Assembly (NCBI GenBank): GCA_019828565.1
Contig: JAHDYR010000033.1
Location: 160,369-224,368, forward strand
Origin: Carpediemonas membranifera BICM
Lineage: Eukaryota > Protista > Fornicata
Direction: 5' to 3'
DNA: 64,000 nt
Under the pieces are notes generated by a model. The model ran no database searches and was not told where the DNA came from. It saw only the letters and a list, made by a program, of their open reading frames with translations. How positions within the stretch are numbered: position 1 is the stretch's first letter; every line of letters starts with the position of its first letter. Shown here one piece after another: positions 56,735 through 64,000 of the stretch. A program made the translations under genes and the position numbers.

Positions 56735-58263
56735 TTATTCCGGCACCTCGTTGAGCAGGAAATAGTGCACTTTCAGGCGAGCATATCTCACTCTAGACAC
56801 GCTGCACTTGACCACCGTAGCCACGCCATCGCAGTCACCCACAACATCATACCACTGCCCTTCTGTGTCGCATAATGCGTACACACGCTCATATGTCTGA
56901 TAGACAGCTGTTGCCTCAAAGGGCATATCTAGCGTACAATCGTCCTCGCAAATATGGGTGCAACCAGGAGACACCCAAATCAGCCGCCAGGGGAAAAAAC
57001 AACACCGCCTTTACATTCAAAGGGAATGCAATCGGCGTTGCTGTGAGGCATTTCTCGCGCTGCTGGTATTCAGGCAGTAGGCCAGACTGGGCGATATGTT
57101 GGGAACCACACCGGCGAACAGGAGTTGACTGCCGCTGAGGAAGACGTTGCAGCGACAGTCTGCCATGAGCTGGTCGACCCTGAACGGCAGCTTTTCGAAG
57201 CCCCGTATACATCTATCGCGTCCAAGTCCCAGCTTATAGTGGCGGTTGAAATCGCTGATTACCTGCTGATCGCCCGCGGAGAGGATAACTGTCCCCCTCC
57301 ATACATGATCCGATCAGGGGATGAAGCCAGTGGGCACAGCGACTGGGTGGAAGACGTATCTTCTCAGATCGTCATGAACTGTGAAGCATGCACCGTTTCC
57401 AGCCATGACAGTACCGACTGGGGTGAGGATGAACCTGCGACAAGCCTGCTCCGACACATCGATCACCATCCTGTTCTTCTCCCAGGGGGGCAGACTGGCC
57501 TCGAGCTCGGCGATATTAGGGCAGCTGGTGAAGGTGAGGCGGGTCGCATTCCAGAGCCAGTCCAAGCTCCATGCCCACAGACCCTTAGGTGTCCTGGCAA
57601 GATGGCTGCAATTGCAACTGTAGACCTCGAGGCCCTGGGCATCCTGGCTCTAATGAAGATGGCGAGGTTGTCTGGACGAAGCATGAATAGACGGCCCATG
57701 TACATGCGGTGATGGTAGTGTGTGTTCCCATTTGAGAATTGGTAGTACTCGCCGTCCTTCTCGGCGACGTTCAGTGTGAAGAAGAACTTGCGGCAGAGGA
57801 ACCGGAGACACTTGCCCTCGGGGGCGAGAGCATTTCGGATGATGTCCTGGAGGTCTGGGTTGGCCCCTCCACCCATAAGACACGCCCACACCGCGCCCTG
57901 GTTCAGTGTGTGCATGGCTGCCGGGAGCTCATCGCCAGGCGAGAGCTCGACGTTCATGGACAGCGGGGGTCCGTCTGCGAGGATCGAGCGGGCGTGATCT
58001 AGGAGGACTTGTGCGGTTGGTTCAAGCGGGGGGATCTTGGAGAGCGTGGCGAGGAGGGATTCGAGAGAAGGGGCGCTCGCTGGTGCAGTAGTGCTCTCTG
58101 CGTTGTGGATCGAGGGCATCTCCTCGCCAAAATGCCTGGTGTAGGCGCATTGGAGCAAGGATGGTACGTCCCCGGAGATACGGGCTGCTACAACTAGCGA
58201 GGCGCGGAATACGGAGATAAGGGCTTCTTTGATGGCTGATGGGGAGGAACTAGCACTGCTCAT
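56735..58263 (-). pseudogene. Fragmented hypothetical gene
   Basis: Successive minus-strand ORFs 57463-58263, 57314-57565 and 56735-56974. No family recognised. Confidence 0.4.
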
Positions 58264-58973
58264 CGATTCCAGCGCTCAGTTCGGTGGCGACTTGTTCTCG
58301 TTCTTAAACTGCTCAATGAGAAAGGATGACAGCAGAAACACGACACGACGTCCTGGAGGACGTCCTGGTGTTGGGAGGGGGGTGTTCTTGAGCACGTGAT
58401 AGTGGACGGCCTTGTTGGTGGGCGCGGCCCATGAGAAGCACCAGCGCAAGTAAAGCATTTTGCAATATATTACTTGCGTTTGCGCTGTCGTTCCTCCGGG
58501 CGCACTTCCCCGGCCGCTCTTTGACACGGACATTGCCGTGGGGCCTCCTCCTCGTAGCTGTTTCCTCCCCGGGTTCTGTAAATGGTGTGTTTTGATTCAT
58601 CTGTCCCTTTGTTTGTCTCGGCGTTGAACTTTGAAAGCAATAAATGGCTACGATCAAGATATTATTGTCCAATGAGGCTCTTTACATCGCCTTCTAGCTC
58701 GATATTGATGTTGTTAGTGATTTTCTAGAGTACAGCACCAGTTTCGGTAATAGGGGGACAGACGAGCGCAAACAACTACATGGCTCCGAACTACACGCGT
58801 CTTGGCGTTGATATTGGTTATTAAATGGACTGTTCGTAACATATTGAGGGATTTCGTCACTGTACTCAAATGCACAAGTGTGCAGTTTATGCATCTGCCG
58901 GAATCTCATTTAAGGGAGATAAAAGCGTCCTAAACAACAGGGATCTGTCAGTCATTATCAAACTTTACTTCTC

Positions 58974-60173
58974 TCACTCAGCCTCGTTGTCCCGCTTCTC
59001 CGGAGTAACCAATTGAGCCTTCCTTGTGCCGGGACGGGTGACACCAAAGACTCGGAAGAGTAAGTCGCTCGTCTGCTCCAAACCCTGGCTTTCCTCAAGC
59101 CTCAGAATGTTGTGCCGGATCTTATCTCGGTCCTGGTCTTGAAGATGCCCGAGCTCAGCGTTCAGCCTGTTATCAAAGGCTTGGCTGAAGATGAGCACGG
59201 AATGGGCCAGGGTTAGGGGCACAGCTTGGTGACTTGCAAGCTCGCGGAACTCCTTTGGCCAGAGAATGGCGTACTTGATCATTTTGGCGTACTTACGCCG
59301 CACATTGTGGGTCTTGATGGAACTCATCTCGTGGATGCGCTTGTAGATGCCATCACAGTAGGTGTTCTTGCCAACGCGCCCAGCCAGTACATCGGCACGT
59401 AAACGTTCGGCTGCGGCGTCAAGACGGGCGACCCTACCCTCATCGTCGACGGGCATCGCTCCACGCTTCCCTGCGATCGTGTACAGCTCCAGCTGCCAAG
59501 CAATCATGATCCGCAGCATCATCTCGCGTGTTGCACCAGACGTCATTGTCTCTAGCATGAGTTCCAGGCGGTGTTCATCCATGTAGCCAGACTGAATGAC
59601 AGTAAGCGTCGTCATAGCACTGGATACTGGCGCGATAATGCCGCCATACCAAGGCTCCTCCTTGAGCACCGCGGTAACATCGAATGTCTCAAGGGTGAGA
59701 TCAATCTTGGGCTTCTTCTTGTCCTTCTTGCTCGCCGAAGGCTGCCCCTCACCCTCACCTGATGCTTCTTCGCCAGCCTTGCCCACACCCTTGGCCGATG
59801 CCTGTCCCTCCCTGGTGATAGAACCATCTACTTGGCAGCTCCGACGTGCGAAGCGCCTCGTAGACGGGATTGCTGCTTCTTGTATGTTCTCTGCAGCCAC
59901 CACAACATCGCTTGTGCTCTCAAGAGGCTTTTGCTTGCGCTCTGTCAGCATCTCGACGACGTTCTCGTGAACACGGTGCTTCAGAACATCAACAACGCCT
60001 TCAGTGCGATACTTAGGCTCAATGCTGAAGTAACAAATCAATGCATGCACGATCTGGCGCTTTGATCCTTCCATCTCTTCGTCTCTTTCGTTCATTCGGA
60101 AACCGTTAAATAAACCATGGAATGGGTGGAACATGCGAGTGATCCAGACCTCAAGCGTGTCTACACACGGCAT
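58974..60173 (-). CDS. Hypothetical protein
   Basis: 399-aa ORF with a basic KKDKKKPK patch, divergent from the second SET gene. Confidence 0.65.
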   Translation of the reverse strand: MPCVDTLEVWITRMFHPFHGLFNGFRMNERDEEMEGSKRQIVHALICYFSIEPKYRTEGVVDVLKHRVHENVVEMLTERKQKPLESTSDVVVAAENIQEAAIPSTRRFARRSCQVDGSITREGQASAKGVGKAGEEASGEGEGQPSASKKDKKKPKIDLTLETFDVTAVLKEEPWYGGIIAPVSSAMTTLTVIQSGYMDEHRLELMLETMTSGATREMMLRIMIAWQLELYTIAGKRGAMPVDDEGRVARLDAAAERLRADVLAGRVGKNTYCDGIYKRIHEMSSIKTHNVRRKYAKMIKYAILWPKEFRELASHQAVPLTLAHSVLIFSQAFDNRLNAELGHLQDQDRDKIRHNILRLEESQGLEQTSDLLFRVFGVTRPGTRKAQLVTPEKRDNEAE

Positions 60174-60240
60174 CTTGCTTCATAAATGACTGTTTATTGC
60201 CCAAATTTTGTGTTGCGGCGTGACCGAATCGAACGAGAAC

Positions 60241-60906
60241 ATGAAGCTCACCAACAAGGCAGATACTGTGATTACGGCGGAGGAATACCAGCAATACTAC
60301 TCCTCTGATGACTTTGAGTCATTTGTTGCGGCCTGTGATGAAGCAGGCATTCGTTCTGCCCACAGCACCACGTTCTCCGTCACAGTGGACAAGAATGGCT
60401 TCAACAGCGAGCTAGATCTGGCCATGGTGCCTCAGCATGCGCTTATGGGGCCGACAGTGGGCGATGGTATCCTTACCAACAAGAGCATCCCCAACGACGC
60501 AGTCATTGGCATATACTGCGGCAAGATCATCCCCGAGCCCGAACCTGGTGCAGTGACGACCTACGTGACGAGGCTCAAGAAGCCTAACAACTTTGCTGTT
60601 GACTCGGCCGGCCTCACGTTCGGCTGTCACAAGATCAACGATGGTGCCGCTTTCTACAACGTCGTACCGGGGACGGCCTACGTTAATGTGCAGGTGGGGG
60701 ACCAGAAGAAGCGTCTTCCCGTCATTCTTTACTTGGCGGATCGCGCTATTGCCAAGTTCGAGTACCTCTCGATCGAGTATGGCGAGCAGTACTGGCGTGG
60801 ACGCAAGCCCATGGCCCTCTACCCCTTCTGTCTGGAGAAGATGCTTGCTGAGGCTGAGTATGAGGGAGATCAACGATGTCTTAGACGCCGTTCTCTCCTA
60901 ACCTAA
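60241..60906 (+). CDS. SET-domain protein (second paralog)
   Basis: GDGILTNKSI..VIGIYCGKII, HKIND (variant of INHS) and EYLSIEYGEQYW. Confidence 0.8.
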   Translation: MKLTNKADTVITAEEYQQYYSSDDFESFVAACDEAGIRSAHSTTFSVTVDKNGFNSELDLAMVPQHALMGPTVGDGILTNKSIPNDAVIGIYCGKIIPEPEPGAVTTYVTRLKKPNNFAVDSAGLTFGCHKINDGAAFYNVVPGTAYVNVQVGDQKKRLPVILYLADRAIAKFEYLSIEYGEQYWRGRKPMALYPFCLEKMLAEAEYEGDQRCLRRRSLLT

Positions 60907-61075
60907 ATTGAGATCCCAACAATTCATTGCTTTCAAAAGTTCAAGGGTCCTTCTACCTGGCCCATCATCACTGGGATCCTCGTGCTTGGCGCCCACATCC
61001 CCGATGTCACCCAAAAAGATCTAGAATTTTCCGAAAATCGGCTTCCGACAATTTTCATTGATCCCCTGACGCTCG

Positions 61076-61923
61076 ATGGAACTGGATATTGCGTATCAAC
61101 TGGTTGCTCTGAAGGATATGAAGTCTATTGAGTCTCTTAAGATCAATTCCATCACGATTCAGAAGGAAAAGGTCCGGAAAGCTGTCATTCTTGCTTTCGC
61201 GCAGTCTCCCGCGGGTAAGAAGTGGGTAACGAGCACACTGAGGCTCTGTGCTGACCGCTACAGCGCTTCGATCCAGTACAACGTGCAGAGCATGTTGTTT
61301 GGCATGAACTCCAACGCCACATTCAACGAGGAGGCAGCAATAGCGACTCTGCGCGTTCATGAGAGGCTCGTAACCCCGCTACACCAGTCAGTCTTCGCTA
61401 ACATGGTCAGGGCCAAGCACACGACACCGACTCTAGACGATTTCCCTCGATACCGCGTGTGTCTTCCCGACTTTTTACTGAGTTGGATCGCCTTGCCGCA
61501 TGGGTGGGTGAGCGCAACCCCAGTGTCTGGGTCATCATGACGGAGGCTCGTATTACTGGCGTTTTAGATGGTGAGATCTATGAGCCGCTGCTTCGGGCCG
61601 TTGCTGACGACGTTGATAGATTCACGTTCGGCAGCCCTGAAAAGTTCCTCCAGTTAACCGACACGAGCCTTGACTATGCCGTCGAGAGTGTCCAGATCAA
61701 GGACTATGCCAATCGTCGCTGCCTTGTCAAGTGGATCGGGTATCCTGTGCCTGTCACCGTTCCGCTGACCGATACGTTGCGTGAGCTGGAGGCTGGGGAA
61801 ACCTCGGGGTTTGTGGGCGTGCGACGGGAGATAACCTTCTCTGGGCGGGGTCGTACAACCGGGGAAATTCAGAACAATCTTTTCAGGCGTCGGGAACCCG
61901 AGCCTGACGTTTCTGAGGAGTAA
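61076..61923 (+). CDS. Chromodomain-like protein (frameshift near 61470), paralog of 9451-10095
   Basis: LQLTDTSLDYAVESVQIKDYANRRCLVKWIGYP. Confidence 0.6.
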
Positions 61924-62317
61924 ATCAAGATAATATTGTCCAATGAGGCTCTTTACATCGCCTTCTAGCTCGATATTGATGTTGTTAGTGATTTTCTAGA
62001 GTACAGCACCAGTTTCGGTAATAGGGGGACAGACGAGCGCAAACAACTACATGGCTCCGAACTACACGCGTCTCGGCGTTGATATTGGTTATTAAATGCA
62101 CTGCTGGTAGCATATTGAGGGATTTCGTCACTGTACTCGAATGCACAAGTGTGCAGTTTATGCTTTCTCGGCCAGCCGACGATATTTACCACCACAGACA
62201 GCTGCATACAGGCTGTAGACTAGACATATACAGCAGGCTGAGTAATATAGCACCATACCCCTACAAACCGCGAATCAACCTCAAAGTCACATAAACATAA
62301 GCGATACGGTCGGTATA

Positions 62318-64000
62318 TCAATCCTTTACTCTTACTTCTTCACTGACCATCTCCTCCTCTTCAGCCCGGGAGGAACCTTTGCGCAGAGTGGCGTGTCCCC
62401 TTGTCACTTCGACCGCATACTCGATTTCCCACTCGCGACACTGTTGGGCAAAACACGCCAGGGCGCTCTGGCCGTTTTCGTTGGGCTTAAACGCGACATG
62501 TGTCACCTTGCCCTCCTCAGACTTGCTAAAAACGTACATGCCGACGACTGGATCGATCTTTGGGTCAAAAATCCCGGACAACATGGAGGTATGCAACGGA
62601 CTTTCCAGTCATTGAGCACCAGGCTTCAACAGCCCACTGAGTCAACCACTTCTCCTGTATGATTGGCTTACCGATGTTGCTCCTCCTCCGTGACAGTGTG
62701 TACACTGCACACTTCATGGAAAAGTTCGTCCCGGAGACCCTCCTCGGGCCGCCTGTACCCCGGAGTGGCCCGCCGGTTCATCTCTATCGCTTCCTTGTAT
62801 ATCTGCTCGCGGTAGTTGTCCGCCTTCGTCTCCGCTGCACACTGCTCTTCATTCGTCATCGTCTCCCAGCTCTTGAACGCATGAGGCTCCGTGACGCCCC
62901 TCGATCATCATGCGAGGCAGTGTGTTATACAGTTGCCGTGGGGCAGGGTTTTGTATCTGACCCACTGCTTGCTCTTTTCTCCAGCTGATTGGCGACGTCA
63001 ACTCTAAACTTGACTTCCCTGCTCCTCATCTGCTCGGAAGCTGGGTCGACGTGGTCGACCTGGACATATTCAACGTCCGACTCAGCCTCGAATGCCACCT
63101 CGTTGTCTGCCTCTTGCTCCTTATCTGCCTCACGCTTCTCCTCTGACTCTGCATTCACCTCTGACTCCAGCCATCTCGTCCTCCTGCTCCTCCCTCCTCT
63201 GCCTCACCCTCCTCCACTGGCTCCCTCTTCCTCCTCTGACTCCTCCTCCGGAGTCCTCAGGCCCTGGCCTTCTCGGGCGTGATGATGAGGGCCTTGCGCT
63301 TCACAGACATGGAGGCCTCTGGGCTCGTCCGTAGTGCGTCGGGGACAGGAAGTCCTGGAGACTGTGCCAGACTGTGGCGGGATGGGGCTGCATGGGAGTG
63401 ATGCATCCATGGACTTGTCAGCGTCATAGGCTGCCTCTCGCTCAGCCTGCTGCTGCAGAAGGCGTCGATGCAGCGTGATGACTTCTCACTCTTTTGCCGT
63501 CAAGCTCTTCCTCAACTGCTTGACTCTCTTCTTTGTATCCTCGAACAATTTTTGTGATAGTAATCGATGATAGCGCCAGTACCTGGGGGAGCAGGGGCGT
63601 ACCTTCTCCCGCGGGGTCTCCAACCATTCCAGGGCGATGATGTACTCTTCGAAGTACGAGCGGCAGGAGTGCTTTCATGTAAAGCAAGGTCTGCCTCCTT
63701 GCTGCGCACCCTGGCAACCATTGCTGTGACATGGTCGCGCACAAGCGCGTTGGTGGATGTCGCGTTGCGCCACGCCCGAACCTTGACACTCAGCGCCTCT
63801 TTTTCGATACGCGCGCCCTCATTCTCCTTGGCATACTCAGCCCTCTTTGGAGTTCTTGAAGGCTGTGACAGCGGCCGACTCAAACGCCTTCATCTCCTTC
63901 TCCGTGAAGGTTGCCTCGATGTTCTCGTTCGAGGTCTTATCCTGCACTCAAGCGAGACAGCAATGCCTCGAGTTCTGCCTTCTTCTCGCCCTGAATCTCG
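62318..64000 (-). pseudogene. Second copy of OTU paralog 2 with an intact 3' end but many single-base indels
   Basis: Near-identical to 29514-31010. It continues to EVTRGHATL and a stop at 62318. Confidence 0.85.

Larger units (their letters stand above)
58653..62163 (+). repeat. ~240-bp direct repeats 58653-58892 / 61924-62163 flanking a three-gene block
   Basis: Near-identical copies with a few substitutions. Confidence 0.93.

Noticed and set aside
2872-64000. Calling the cassettes a Polinton-like or giant-virus insertion
   Set aside because: No capsid, packaging ATPase, primase-helicase or DNA polymerase was recognised in this window.

Overview
This is eukaryotic, protist-like DNA (GT-AG introns of only about 20-32 nt; species not determinable from the sequence) made almost entirely of nested mobile and accessory DNA. 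It holds six Ty3/gypsy LTR retrotransposon copies, three of which retain a chromodomain and one of which is complete (24953-29477, identical 53-bp LTRs, GTAGG target-site duplication). It also holds three DIRS-type tyrosine-recombinase retroelement remnants, one CMC/Transib/RAG1-like DDE transposase, a tRNA-Gln(CTG) and many segmental repeats. A repeated cassette places a spliced OTU-protease gene head-to-head, across a conserved ~450-bp spacer, with a catalytically degenerate tyrosine-recombinase-fold gene (or an HTH gene). Nearby are SET, GNAT, PHD, stand-alone chromodomain and HEPN genes. The top finding is that all five visible 5' LTRs are very short (53-123 bp), end in CACA, and are followed with no gap by a different perfect 8-10-nt palindrome where a tRNA primer-binding site should be. 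This suggests a tRNA-independent, palindrome-based priming mechanism. All domain calls are by-eye motif recognition, and many frameshifts fall in homopolymers and may be sequencing errors.
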